Part shown: in pieces, positions 39,733 to 49,548 of the stretch | Position numbering within the stretch: position 1 is the first letter of the stretch | How the letters are laid out: each line of letters begins with the position of its first letter | NCBI GenBank assembly: GCA_030549815.1 | Contig: JAUQQQ010000005.1 | Location: 6,739 to 70,738 of the forward strand | Reading direction: 5' to 3' | DNA length: 64,000 nt | Source of the DNA: a bacterium | Lineage (GTDB): Bacteria; DRYD01 | Notes under the pieces: model-generated | Seen by the model: only the letters and a program-made list of their open reading frames with translations | Told to the model about the DNA's origin: nothing | Database searches by the model: none | Program-made: the position numbers and the translations under genes

Positions 39733-41547
39733 TCATTCTCTTTCAAACATTTTGTCTATATCTTTAAAAGATATCTTAACCATAACATTTCTGCCATGAG
39801 GACAAAAATAAGGATTTAGTTCTTCCAATTCAATCAATTCATTGAATATTTTTAACAGTTCTTCTTCGGACAATTTATGTCCCTTCTTTACTGCAGCTTT
39901 ACAAGCTACTTTAGATAATACATCCTTAATAATCTCTTCATCATCAAAAACAATGCTATCAAAATTATCAACTATAAATGAAACAGTTTCCCTAATGTAG
40001 TTAATATTAAAGATAGAAGGGAAAGAAAGGATAGACAATTCCTTTTCTTTTAATTCCGCCTCAAACCCCAACTTCCTTAAAAAATCAATGATTTCTTCTA
40101 CATTTTCCTCTTCCTTCACTTTCAAAGTTATTGGTATAAGCAATTTTTGGATTTTTTGTTTTTCCTTTTCTTTGAAAATTTTTAATAACTTAGAATAAAT
40201 AACTTTTTCATTAGCATTATGTTGATCAACAATAAAGAAATTATTTTCGAAAAGGACGAGGAAATAACAATTATCCCAATAATGAAGTAGTTTAGGCTTT
40301 TTTTTGTCTTCCAAATTATCAAGCTTAACTATTTGTATAACATTAGTTTTCATTTCTAACTTTTGGTCAGTATTTGAAAAATCCAATAAAGAAGGAGTAT
40401 TTTTTTCTTGCACCTTATCCTCTATCTTTTCCTCTATTTTTTCAACTTTCTCTTCTATTTTTTGTGCTATATTTTTTAGATTCTGATACCAATTAATTTG
40501 TTCGCTTTTTTCCTCAACTCGCTGGTCAATAAAAATATTAGGTTTAGACAACAAGTATTTATTTATAAAGTTTTTAATAGTTTTTTGCAAGAAATCTTTA
40601 AGAAAAATAGGTTTAAGGAAACGGACTTCTAATTTTCGAGGGTGCACATTGCAATCAACGTCGTAAGGCGGTAATTCTATTGACACTATTCCCTCTATTC
40701 TCCCTCGTTCCCCTAAAACCGTTCTAAATGTATTTACAACTATCTTTTCTAACTCATTCATCAACACAATCCTCTTATTAACATAAACATAAAAGTTGTT
40801 TTTAGCAGTTTCAATTTTTTCGTCATATTTATAATTAGTTGATAAAACAAGAGTTATTTTGTAACCCTCTATCTCTTGGATTTGCAAAGCAACTTCTTTT
40901 ATTCTAAAAATTTCTTTTACTCTTGATTCTAAAGTAGTAGGGATAAAATTATGTCTGAGTTTGTCTTCAACATATAAGGAAAACAGTATGTTGTTGTTTA
41001 TTGCTGCAAATTGTTTAAAAGTATTCATTATGTTGTGTAATTCAATTTTCTCGGATTTAAGGAAATTTCTTCTAACAGGAGAGTTGAAGAATAGATCATT
41101 AACTTTTATAATCGTGCCGCTTTTTGGGTTAAAACTTGTAGGTTCGATTCTAATTATTTTTCCTTCACTTGCCACCAAGGTATATGCTTGTTCTTGCTCA
41201 AGAGTTTTGGATGTTATTTGAATGTTAGATATTTGTGAGATAGCGTATAGGGCCTCCCCTCTAAAACCAAAAGTTTGTATTTTAAGCAAGTCTTCTTCAC
41301 TATTTATTTTGCTTGTTGAATATCTTTGGATTGTATAAGGTAGGTCATCTTTGTCGATACCAATCCCGTTGTCCCTAATTTCAATAAGTTTAAGGCCGCT
41401 ATTTAAGATCCTAACACTTATGTTTGTTGAATTAGCATCTATAGAGTTTTCGATTAGTTCTTTTAGTGCATTAGATGGTCTTTCTATAACTTCACCGGCA
41501 GCTATTTTGGAAAAAACACTTTCAGGTAACTGCTTTATCCTACCCAT
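39733..41547 (-). CDS. mutL: DNA mismatch repair protein MutL
   Basis: N-terminal IKQLPESVFSKIAAGEVIERPSNALKELIENSIDA (GHKL ATPase motif I). GFRGEAL. C-terminal FCPHGRNVMVKISFKDIDKMFER endonuclease/dimerisation region. Confidence 0.9.
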   Translation of the reverse strand: MGRIKQLPESVFSKIAAGEVIERPSNALKELIENSIDANSTNISVRILNSGLKLIEIRDNGIGIDKDDLPYTIQRYSTSKINSEEDLLKIQTFGFRGEALYAISQISNIQITSKTLEQEQAYTLVASEGKIIRIEPTSFNPKSGTIIKVNDLFFNSPVRRNFLKSEKIELHNIMNTFKQFAAINNNILFSLYVEDKLRHNFIPTTLESRVKEIFRIKEVALQIQEIEGYKITLVLSTNYKYDEKIETAKNNFYVYVNKRIVLMNELEKIVVNTFRTVLGERGRIEGIVSIELPPYDVDCNVHPRKLEVRFLKPIFLKDFLQKTIKNFINKYLLSKPNIFIDQRVEEKSEQINWYQNLKNIAQKIEEKVEKIEEKIEDKVQEKNTPSLLDFSNTDQKLEMKTNVIQIVKLDNLEDKKKPKLLHYWDNCYFLVLFENNFFIVDQHNANEKVIYSKLLKIFKEKEKQKIQKLLIPITLKVKEEENVEEIIDFLRKLGFEAELKEKELSILSFPSIFNINYIRETVSFIVDNFDSIVFDDEEIIKDVLSKVACKAAVKKGHKLSEEELLKIFNELIELEELNPYFCPHGRNVMVKISFKDIDKMFERE

Positions 41548-41715
41548 TTCGTAATACCTTCCTCAGAAAAATCATCCACATATCCAAAAACTAGGCTCAC
41601 ATACGCACTTTATTAATATTATCCATCCCAATATCAAAGTCCTTTATTAATATTTAGTTAACAAAATTTTAACAAAATATCGTGTTTTTTTACATTTTTT
41701 TTACAATTATTCCAC

Positions 41716-41744
41716 TTGACAAATCAAAAAAATTGATTATATAT
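41716..41744 (+). promoter_or_regulatory. Candidate sigma70-type promoter for the prepilin-like gene cluster
   Basis: TTGACA (41716-41721), then a 17-nt spacer, then ATATAT/TATATA. It lies about 60 nt upstream of the 41802 start, in the divergent mutL/pilin intergenic region. Confidence 0.35.
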
Positions 41745-41801
41745 ACAAAGGATGATAATAATTATCCAAAATAATACCTAAGTAAAAGGGGGTTAATACA
41801 A

Positions 41802-43491
41802 ATGAAAAAAAAGAAAGGTATAGTTTTAATGATAACCATTGCATTTTTAACAGTTCTAATAGCAGTTGTAATTCTTGCCCTTAACTCTTACAACTCAAGG
41901 TTTTCTTCAAACAATATAGAAAGATATTATGTAATGCAAAACATTGCAAAAGGTGCTTTAAATAGAGCTATCGCTCAATTGTATGCCAACCCTGGATGAA
42001 ATGGAGAAACATTCACATACAGAACTCCCTTAAGAAATTATAACGTTACAACAACAGTTACACCCCAGGGATTCCCCTCAGATACAGTTATAATAAACAT
42101 CGCTGTTTCAAATGGCAGAAATAATATAGACTTAGTTGGAATAGCGCAAGTTGACATTCTTTTTGATCCTGGGTCATTTGCAATAGCAACAGGCTCAAAC
42201 ATAACAACACAAGGAGGAAACCAATTGGTATTTACCTCTGACGACCCAAATGTAAGACTAAAAATATTAACAACTCAAGATATAACATGGGTTAGAGACT
42301 ATCAAAATAATAACATCCAAGCACAAAACTATTCTATAGACCAAGCTATTGAAACTCAGGAAATAAGCACAATAATAGCAAAAAAGTATTACAGGAAGAG
42401 GGACAGTAGACGCAGCAATAGCACAACAAATCGATCCAAATTTTAAACAAAGATTACAAAGCAACAATGATTTAGTAATAGATAACATAAATATAACTCC
42501 AGAATTTATAGAACAAAAATTTAGAACTTTTGTCGGCTCATTCCCAAATTTTGGAACAATCACAAATACAGGTAGCCTCTCATTTACAAACAGTGAAGCC
42601 ATTGCACAACCAGGTGTTAAATACATAAACCCATCTATACCCAATCAAGGAGTAATCTATATAACATCTCCTGGAGAATATTACTTCGATGGAAGTTTAG
42701 ATCTACAAGGCCAAGGAAATCTTAATATGGGTAGAATCCAAGTAAGATTACCAAAAGCAGGAGAAGGGCAACTATATGATAATTACAGAAACTTCTTTAA
42801 TTACGTTAGAACAACATTTGGTAATAATTCAAAATATACCTTTGATGGGACAATATATACAAACAACCCACCAGGGGGACAATACACAGCTAAAATAAGA
42901 CCTTTAAGTGAAGCCCCACAAGATGCACTACCCATATTTATACAGGCAAACTACTCAGATACAACAACAAGCAGCGGTAGTGGTGGAGGTAGAGGCAGAG
43001 GTGGTGGAGGAAGTGGCAACGCAACAACAACAATAATAGACCCAGACTTTTATTTCAGAACTAATGGGAAAACAGGCCAAAATTTCGCTTTTTACGGTAA
43101 TAAAAAAGCTGGTATTAATATATATATAAACGGTAATGTACAAGTAGGCGGTAATGCTATTATTAATCAAATAGATACAGATAGAAGCAATTTAACCTAC
43201 AATACACTCTTAAGGAAACCATCAACACTAAGGTTATATTTAGCATCAGGATACAACTTCACAGCAGGGAATGCTACAATAAATGCTGCTATAATTACCG
43301 ATAATTTCAGGATAAATGGAAATCCAACAATATACGGTGCAATGTATGGAATGAATTTTTCAAATAACAATAATTCCTCATATAGTTTCGCAGGATCAAT
43401 AACATTTACATATGATTCATCATTATTATCAAGAAGTCAAAATAGACAGAGGTTCAACCCAAGGTTGCTACACGTTTATATCCAACAATAA
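41802..43491 (+). pseudogene. Large prepilin-type N-terminal domain protein, disrupted by an in-frame TGA (41997-41999) and a frameshift at an A6 run (about 42380-42385)
   Basis: SD AAGGGGG. N-terminus KKKG|IVLMITIAFLTVLIAVVIL is a prepilin-type leader. ORFs 41802-41999 and 42225-42446 are in the same frame, separated only by one TGA. The frame 42379-43491 continues the protein after a +1/-1 shift. Merged length would be about 560 aa. Confidence 0.5.
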
Positions 43492-43505
43492 TGAAGGAGG
43501 AAAAA

Positions 43506-43934
43506 ATGAGAAAGAAAAAAGGATTCTCAATTTTAGAAGTATTAGTATCTTTTCTAATAGTAGTAATTGCCATATTTGGAGTGGTGAATTTTATCCTTTT
43601 TTACTCAAATTTTAATAGATCCTTAGAAAATAGGATACTCACATATACAATTGCCAACCAAGTATTAAACAACTTACTTTCAAGACCATACAATGACTTA
43701 AGAAATCTGGTAAATCAAAGTATAACAATAACTCGCGGAAATATAACGATTACATATACTGTAAATGAAAGAGCTTTTAGACCCATATGGTTACCCGTGG
43801 GATCCAATGAAAATATGCTAATAGAAATCTACGTCAATGCAACATATGTTGACAAAGGTAGAACGATTTCTAACATAAGGCTTTGGGGAACAAAATACAG
43901 ATGGGAGGGTATTATTAATGAAAGACCACAATAA
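43506..43934 (+). CDS. Small prepilin-type N-terminal cleavage/methylation domain protein (minor pilin / pseudopilin-like)
   Basis: AAGGAGG SD 6 nt before the ATG at 43506. KKG|FSILEVLVSFLIVVIAIFG matches the prepilin motif, with Glu at +5. Confidence 0.6.
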   Translation: MRKKKGFSILEVLVSFLIVVIAIFGVVNFILFYSNFNRSLENRILTYTIANQVLNNLLSRPYNDLRNLVNQSITITRGNITITYTVNERAFRPIWLPVGSNENMLIEIYVNATYVDKGRTISNIRLWGTKYRWEGIINERPQ

Positions 43935-45042
43935 AAAAGGATTATCATTAGCTGAAACCATCATAGCAATTGGCTTAGCATCATTACTAATGATTATAAC
44001 ATACACACTATTTGATATAACAATGAAAAACTACTATAGGAACGAAGAATTAAACTCTAATTTAGATAGAGCAAGAAAAATAGTCCCAATTATTAATAGA
44101 CATTTACTAAATGCAGGCTTTGGATTCCCTTCAGGAGCTACTTTTGCAGTAGTATCGGCAGGAACAGGAAATGTAATAACAAGCAATGAAAGAGCAGATA
44201 TACTCTTTTTAGCAGATTATACCGCATTTAACAATACCCCAACAAATATAAGAAGAAGAGACATATTCTTTACTCCACGGAGTTTTTCAACATCCGGAAA
44301 CCAGTTTAATCTACAAATTGATAGATTAAATGGAGAAGATGATGGAACTATAGATAACAACTACTTTGGATTAAATATAAATAGTTTTAGAGTAGGTAGC
44401 GGTATAATTTTCCTTTCTTACTACATATACAATCCATCATCACCTTCTCCCGCACCTAATAACAGTATAAGACAAAACTTTGCTCAAATAAAAGCCGTAG
44501 GAATAATAACTGCCAGGAATGGTAATCAATTAAGAGGAGAAATCATAGGACCACATAGGCTTTCTATTGCCGATAATTTTCCAGCAGCATATCAAATGGT
44601 TACTTCTAATGGAATAACAAATTTCAGCGGCGTTATACCGGCTATAATTATAGGTATAAATGATAACAATGACTCCCCATTGTTTATAAATAGCTCAAGG
44701 AATAATCAAAGAGTTTTAGATGATGCAGCTTTTTTTAAAATTTTCTATAGATACAATGATGGAACAGTTGTATTCTCTCAAGATACATTAACAAATAATA
44801 ATCAAAACATTGTGCTTGATTCTTCAGCAGTCTTACAAAGGTATGTCGATAGCATAGGATATGTTTTAATATTTAGAGAAAGAAGGAGAAGGACAGATGC
44901 AAACTGGATGCAACGTAATATAAGGTTTGTTACAAGAGGGATAGATGTACAATTCACATTTAACAACGAAAGAAGAACACACCATATATTAAGTGATGAA
45001 GTAAAATTATTCAACATATACAACAGGAATAATTTCCAATGA
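43918..45042 (+). CDS. Prepilin-type N-terminal cleavage/methylation domain protein (pseudopilin-like, 374 aa)
   Basis: KKG|LSLAETIIAIGLASLLMII prepilin motif with Glu at +5. Overlaps the upstream gene by 17 nt (operonic). Confidence 0.6.
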   Translation: MKDHNKKGLSLAETIIAIGLASLLMIITYTLFDITMKNYYRNEELNSNLDRARKIVPIINRHLLNAGFGFPSGATFAVVSAGTGNVITSNERADILFLADYTAFNNTPTNIRRRDIFFTPRSFSTSGNQFNLQIDRLNGEDDGTIDNNYFGLNINSFRVGSGIIFLSYYIYNPSSPSPAPNNSIRQNFAQIKAVGIITARNGNQLRGEIIGPHRLSIADNFPAAYQMVTSNGITNFSGVIPAIIIGINDNNDSPLFINSSRNNQRVLDDAAFFKIFYRYNDGTVVFSQDTLTNNNQNIVLDSSAVLQRYVDSIGYVLIFRERRRRTDANWMQRNIRFVTRGIDVQFTFNNERRTHHILSDEVKLFNIYNRNNFQ

Positions 45043-45099
45043 ATGAATTTTCTTCAACTATCTCTATTTCATTTTCCTCTTTTTGCTGTATTTTAAAGT

Positions 45100-45345
45100 T
45101 ACTTCTAACATAATAACAAATTTCAGTGGTGTTATCCCTGCTATAAATGATAACTATAAATCCCTCTCATAATAGCATTAAAACAATCATAAAGTTTATA
45201 TAGATAAACAAATAACAATCAAAAGCTTTTCTTAACTATCCAGTAGACCTACAAACAAAAAATAATTACTTAAGTGATGGAGTAAAATTATTCAATATAT
45301 ACAACGGGAACAATTTCCAATGAATTAATTTTCTTCAATTATCTT
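45100..45345 (+). repeat. Decayed partial duplicate of the 3' part of gene 43918-45042 (gene-fragment remnant)
   Basis: 45108-45150 matches 44608-44650 (ataacaaatttcag[c/t]gg[c/t]gttat.cc.gctataa). 45270-45345 matches 44986-45060 at about 85-90% identity, including the stop and 3' flank (LSDGVKLFNIYNGNNFQ* vs LSDEVKLFNIYNRNNFQ*). Intervening parts are missing. Confidence 0.6.
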
Positions 45346-45771
45346 TATTTCATATTCTACTTTTGCAGCCTTTTTAAGCATATGACTAACAGAGCAGTAT
45401 TTTTCTTGAGAAAGTTTTACTGCTTTTTCTACGTTTTCATATTTAAGATTTTTTCCCTTAAACTGATAAATTAATTTTATTTCGGTAAATACTTTTGGAT
45501 GTTCTTCGGCTCTTTTACCTTCAAAAAAAATTCTAAAATCAACTACTTCCTCTCTCATTTTTTTCAGTATAGAAATTACATCCATCGCGGTGCATCCCAT
45601 CAATGAGATGGCTAACAATTCCATAGGACTGGGAGCACTTTCAAATCCCCCAACATCCTTCTTACTGTCCAAAACAACCGCATGATTAGAATTAGTTATT
45701 CCAATAAACCTCAACCCTTCATTCCAAACCAATTCAGCTTTCATTAATAATCTCCTCCTTTCAATCGACAA
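45325..45771 (-). CDS. OsmC/Ohr-family protein
   Basis: GFESAPSPMELLAISLMGCTAMDVISILKK, the conserved Cys-containing OsmC core. 130-140 aa. The likely true start is the internal Met (MKAELV). Confidence 0.7.
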   Translation of the reverse strand: MSIERRRLLMKAELVWNEGLRFIGITNSNHAVVLDSKKDVGGFESAPSPMELLAISLMGCTAMDVISILKKMREEVVDFRIFFEGKRAEEHPKVFTEIKLIYQFKGKNLKYENVEKAVKLSQEKYCSVSHMLKKAAKVEYEIKIIEEN

Positions 45772-46993
45772 TAAACATCGATTCTCTAGTATTAAATACC
45801 TTTCTTAATTCGTTAACTTCATCCAAAGTTGTATTCTTGATAATATCTAAATGATTAAACAAGTATTCATCAGGTATATCAAATAATTTTAACTTAGCCA
45901 ATAAAGAAGACTTAAAAATTCTTTTTTGCAAGGAAGAGGAAAATAAACCAATAAGGTAATTCTTTGCTACTTCCAATTCATCCTCTTTAAAACCCTCTTC
46001 AACAATTTTTTCTATTTCTTGTTTAAGTGCTTCTATTGCATTCTTCTTTTTATCTTTAGAAGTTAGCATAAGGATTTTAATATTCCCATAATACTTATTT
46101 TTCCCATCATCATGTAACAAAGGAACAGGATCGTATGAAGAAGTTATAGCATAGGCTAATTCTTTTTTTTCTCTAATGTTTATAAAAAGCCTTCCGGACA
46201 TAGAGCTAAGGATTCCATTTAACACTTTAAATTTAACCGATGTTAAAGATAGCGAAGGAGCAGGATAAAGCAAAGCTATACCCGCTTCTTTTTTATTCAA
46301 CTTTTCTGTTTTTCTCACGTTTATTACATCAAAATCCTTCATTTTATCATAATAAAAGTACTCGGTTGTCAAAAACTTTCCAAAATTTTTATAAACAAAA
46401 TTCTCCATATTCTCACTTACATATCCACTTATAACCATTATTTTCTTAACATTCTTATCAAAAATTTTTTCTTCCACCCATTTAATTAGGTTATATCTTG
46501 AAATAGAATTGATTGTTTTAAAAGTTCCTCTCGTATCCCAACTTAAGAAAGAGTTGTAGAATACCTTATCAGCATTTTCATATAAATATGTCCATACATC
46601 GTCCTTAGATAATTTTATGGAATTAATAAGATCTCTTTTAACCTCATCTATATCTTGCTGTCTTAAACCATAGTTAAATATTACTTCCTTAAGAGCATAG
46701 ATAGCATTTTTATAATTGTAAGAAGGGAAAGAGACAGAAATAGCACTACTAAAATTACCTCCCGACGAACTTAGTGAAACAGAATTCTTTTCAAGGTAAT
46801 ACTGAAAAGATTCAAACTTCATAGTCTTGGGTGCCCTTATTAGCGTTTTTAAACACAAATTATTTATTCCCATATTATTCAAACTCTCCATGTAGTTACC
46901 TAATAAAAAAACAACAGACACATAAGTGATAGGTATAGAATTATCAGGGATGATAAAAATTTTGTTTTCTATACTTTTATAATTCATTTCCAT
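45761..46993 (-). CDS. M16 (pitrilysin)-like peptidase domain protein, probably a non-catalytic subunit type
   Basis: 410 aa. Insulinase-like fold pattern (N-terminal beta-alpha region GNYMESLNNMGINNLCLKTLIR in place of HxxEH). Overlaps the flanking genes. Low-specificity call. Confidence 0.35.
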   Translation of the reverse strand: MEMNYKSIENKIFIIPDNSIPITYVSVVFLLGNYMESLNNMGINNLCLKTLIRAPKTMKFESFQYYLEKNSVSLSSSGGNFSSAISVSFPSYNYKNAIYALKEVIFNYGLRQQDIDEVKRDLINSIKLSKDDVWTYLYENADKVFYNSFLSWDTRGTFKTINSISRYNLIKWVEEKIFDKNVKKIMVISGYVSENMENFVYKNFGKFLTTEYFYYDKMKDFDVINVRKTEKLNKKEAGIALLYPAPSLSLTSVKFKVLNGILSSMSGRLFINIREKKELAYAITSSYDPVPLLHDDGKNKYYGNIKILMLTSKDKKKNAIEALKQEIEKIVEEGFKEDELEVAKNYLIGLFSSSLQKRIFKSSLLAKLKLFDIPDEYLFNHLDIIKNTTLDEVNELRKVFNTRESMFIVD

Positions 46994-47919
46994 ATTTCTA
47001 CCTCTTCTTCCAATTCTATTCCTATTTTTTTAGAATTCTGTTTAATAATATTAATGATATTATAAACGTCGTTAAATTTAGCGTTATTAAAATTAATGAT
47101 AAAATTGGCATGTTTTTCAGATACCTTTGCACCACCTAAAACAAAACCCTTATATCCTAACATTGAGATAACTTGCCAAGCTGCAATATTAGGCAAGTTT
47201 TTAAACACACTCCCACAAGATTTCTCATTCAAAGGTTGAGTAATCATTCTTTTCTTCCAAACCTCATCATATTTTGCTTTCAATAAATCAGGATTTGACA
47301 AATTAGATTTTGGAAACTCAAAAACAAAGGACAAAAAATCAATGTAAAACCCTTTATTAAAACATTCTTCTTTGAAGAAAGAGTTTCGGTATGAGAAAAA
47401 GCTCTGATCTACCTCTATAGTTCTAACAGTTTTCCTTATTCTGTCAAAAAATGTAACTTTTTTTAAATACATTGAAATTTCTACATTTTTTACTCCTGCG
47501 TTGTTAAATACTGCTCCACCAACAGAAGCAGGTATAGCTGCCAATTCTTCATACCCACCAATACCTTTACTTATTAACTTCCTTATAAAATATTGTAACT
47601 CCGTAAAAGGAGTAGTAAAAACTCTTATTACCTTTTCATCCTCAAAAAAGTATATACTTCTATATTTACCGGTAAGAATAAAAAATTCTACTCTCTCGTC
47701 ATTAATTAATAAATTACTACCTTTTCCGATTATCCTGTACGGTAATTTTGTATTAAGCTTATTAAGTAGTTTAATATAGTCTATATGATTTTTGAGGATA
47801 AAAACCCCTAAAGGTTTTCCGCCTATTGAATAGGTAGTAAATGAAGAAAGGTTAATATCGTCATAAAAAAAAGAATCCAGCCATTTTAGTGGCAGGATCC
47901 TTTCCAAATAGGTTTTCAT
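46984..47919 (-). CDS. murB: UDP-N-acetylenolpyruvoylglucosamine reductase
   Basis: FAD-binding region YSIGGKP...IIGKGSNLLI. C-terminal GGAKVSEKHANFIIN matches the MurB GGA.VS.KHA.FIVN block. Confidence 0.8.
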   Translation of the reverse strand: MKTYLERILPLKWLDSFFYDDINLSSFTTYSIGGKPLGVFILKNHIDYIKLLNKLNTKLPYRIIGKGSNLLINDERVEFFILTGKYRSIYFFEDEKVIRVFTTPFTELQYFIRKLISKGIGGYEELAAIPASVGGAVFNNAGVKNVEISMYLKKVTFFDRIRKTVRTIEVDQSFFSYRNSFFKEECFNKGFYIDFLSFVFEFPKSNLSNPDLLKAKYDEVWKKRMITQPLNEKSCGSVFKNLPNIAAWQVISMLGYKGFVLGGAKVSEKHANFIINFNNAKFNDVYNIINIIKQNSKKIGIELEEEVEIWK

Positions 47920-47924
47920 TTGGA

Positions 47925-48419
47925 TTATTTTTTCTGCTTAGATTTTTTTATTTTTCTGAATTTCTTTTTAAGAGGAGGTAGTTTAACAAACTTTCCGCCT
48001 ACTTTTTCCAATTTCTCTAAAGCTTTTTTTGTAATTTTATGTGCATGAACTTCCAATTTTTTGGTTATACTACCATTTCCTAAAATTTTTATTTCTTTTT
48101 TGTTATCTTCTATTAACCCAGCTTCGATTAATTTTTCAGGAGTAATAACAGAATTATTATCGAATCTTTCCAAGTCCTGAATTTTTACCAAATGATATTC
48201 TTTTTTAAAGATATTGGTAAATCCTTTTGATGGTATTCTTAGGTAGAGTGGGTTTTGTCCTCCTTCAAACCACTCTGGTTTAGCTCCACCACTTCTTGCT
48301 TTTTGCCCTTTAGTACCTCTTGTTGCAGTTACACCATGCCCACTACCCAGTCCTCTACCAACTCTTTTTCTTTTGTGTTTGCTTCCTGGAAAAGGCTTTA
48401 ATTCATGTAATTTTATCAT
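47925..48419 (-). CDS. rplO: 50S ribosomal protein L15 (uL15)
   Basis: MKLHELKPFPGSKHKRKRVGRGLGSGHGVTATRGTKGQKARSGG, the canonical uL15 N-terminus. Confidence 0.85.
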   Translation of the reverse strand: MIKLHELKPFPGSKHKRKRVGRGLGSGHGVTATRGTKGQKARSGGAKPEWFEGGQNPLYLRIPSKGFTNIFKKEYHLVKIQDLERFDNNSVITPEKLIEAGLIEDNKKEIKILGNGSITKKLEVHAHKITKKALEKLEKVGGKFVKLPPLKKKFRKIKKSKQKK

Positions 48420-48425
48420 TTCTTA

Positions 48426-49073
48426 TCACCTACTTTTTCTTGGTTGTTTTTGGTAATTTCTTTGATAATTTTTCTGTTGATAATTTTTTTCTTTCTCTTC
48501 ATTTTCTTTTTCTTCTGTTCTTTCAGTTCTTTCAGAATAGTTTTTCTCTTGTTTTGATTTAATTAAATACTTTTCAAATTCATCAATTTGAGTTTCGGAT
48601 TTCAGTATTTGTTCGTACTCTTCTTTTGTTTTTAGGTTTTTAAGAGCATTAATGGTTGCCCATACCAAGTTAATGTGATTGTTACTACCCAAGGATTTGG
48701 TTAATACATTTTTATATCCTGCTTTTTCTAATACACTTCTGACTGGCATTGAGGCGATGATACCAGTTCCTTTTCCTGCAGGTTTAAGCAAAACTCTCGA
48801 CGTAGTATTTTCACCTATTATTTCATGTGGTATAGTATCATTAACTATTGGGACTTTAAATACATTTTTTTTAGCTTTATTTTCTGCTTTTCTTATTGCT
48901 AATAATGCTTCGGGAGCTTTAGCCAATGCTACACCAACATTTCCCTGTCCATCACCAACAACTACAAGAGCACTGAATCTAAATCTTTTTCCACCTTTCA
49001 TGACACGAGTAACTCTTCTTAATGAAACTAATATACTTTGATATTCAGAGCCTTGTTCTAAATTTTCTAACAT
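48426..49073 (-). CDS. rpsE: 30S ribosomal protein S5 (uS5) with an unusual roughly 50-aa K/E/N/Q-rich C-terminal extension
   Basis: [36 protein letters not shown] core. The C-terminus ...[40 protein letters not shown] runs beyond the usual end of S5. Confidence 0.85.
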   Translation of the reverse strand: MLENLEQGSEYQSILVSLRRVTRVMKGGKRFRFSALVVVGDGQGNVGVALAKAPEALLAIRKAENKAKKNVFKVPIVNDTIPHEIIGENTTSRVLLKPAGKGTGIIASMPVRSVLEKAGYKNVLTKSLGSNNHINLVWATINALKNLKTKEEYEQILKSETQIDEFEKYLIKSKQEKNYSERTERTEEKENEEKEKNYQQKNYQRNYQKQPRKSR

Positions 49074-49084
49074 ACTCTACCTCC

Positions 49085-49459
49085 TTACATTTGTATCCCT
49101 TTTTCTCTTAAAACATCAGCTATTTTTTTAATATTTCCGTGGTATTTGTATCCTCCCCTGTCAAAAACAAGCTTAGTAATGTTTAATTTTTTACATCTTT
49201 CTGCCAACCTATTAGCAACCTCAACAATTAAATCTTTGTATTTTATTTCTTTTTTTTGTAATTTTTCCCTTAAGTCTTTTTCTAAAGAATTAGCATATGT
49301 TAGTGTATGTCCCTTTGTATCATCGATTACACTAAGGTATATATGTTTATTACTTCTAAAAACATTGCATCTTGGTCTTTCTGAAGTTCCTTTTACTTTC
49401 TTTCTAAGTCTTATATGTCTTACCTTTCTTTTTTGATTTCTACTTATCTTCTTTATCAT
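49085..49459 (-). CDS. rplR: 50S ribosomal protein L18 (uL18)
   Basis: RLRKKVKGTSERPRCNVFRSNKHIYLSVIDD and C-terminal VFDRGGYKYHGNIKKIADVLREKG are canonical uL18 blocks. Confidence 0.85.
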   Translation of the reverse strand: MIKKISRNQKRKVRHIRLRKKVKGTSERPRCNVFRSNKHIYLSVIDDTKGHTLTYANSLEKDLREKLQKKEIKYKDLIVEVANRLAERCKKLNITKLVFDRGGYKYHGNIKKIADVLREKGIQM

Positions 49460-49548
49460 CTTCTACACCTACCTTATACTAAAGTATCTTAGACCATATA
49501 GATAGTAATATAATTCTACCTTCTAAAAGACAAATCCTTTTTGTTTTA

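Noticed and set aside
41997-41999. In-frame TGA read as Trp (genetic code 4) or selenocysteine
   Set aside because: All other genes in the window are full length under the standard code and use TGG for conserved Trp positions (e.g. glnA, accC). No SECIS-like hairpin follows. A point mutation or readthrough in a single gene is more parsimonious.
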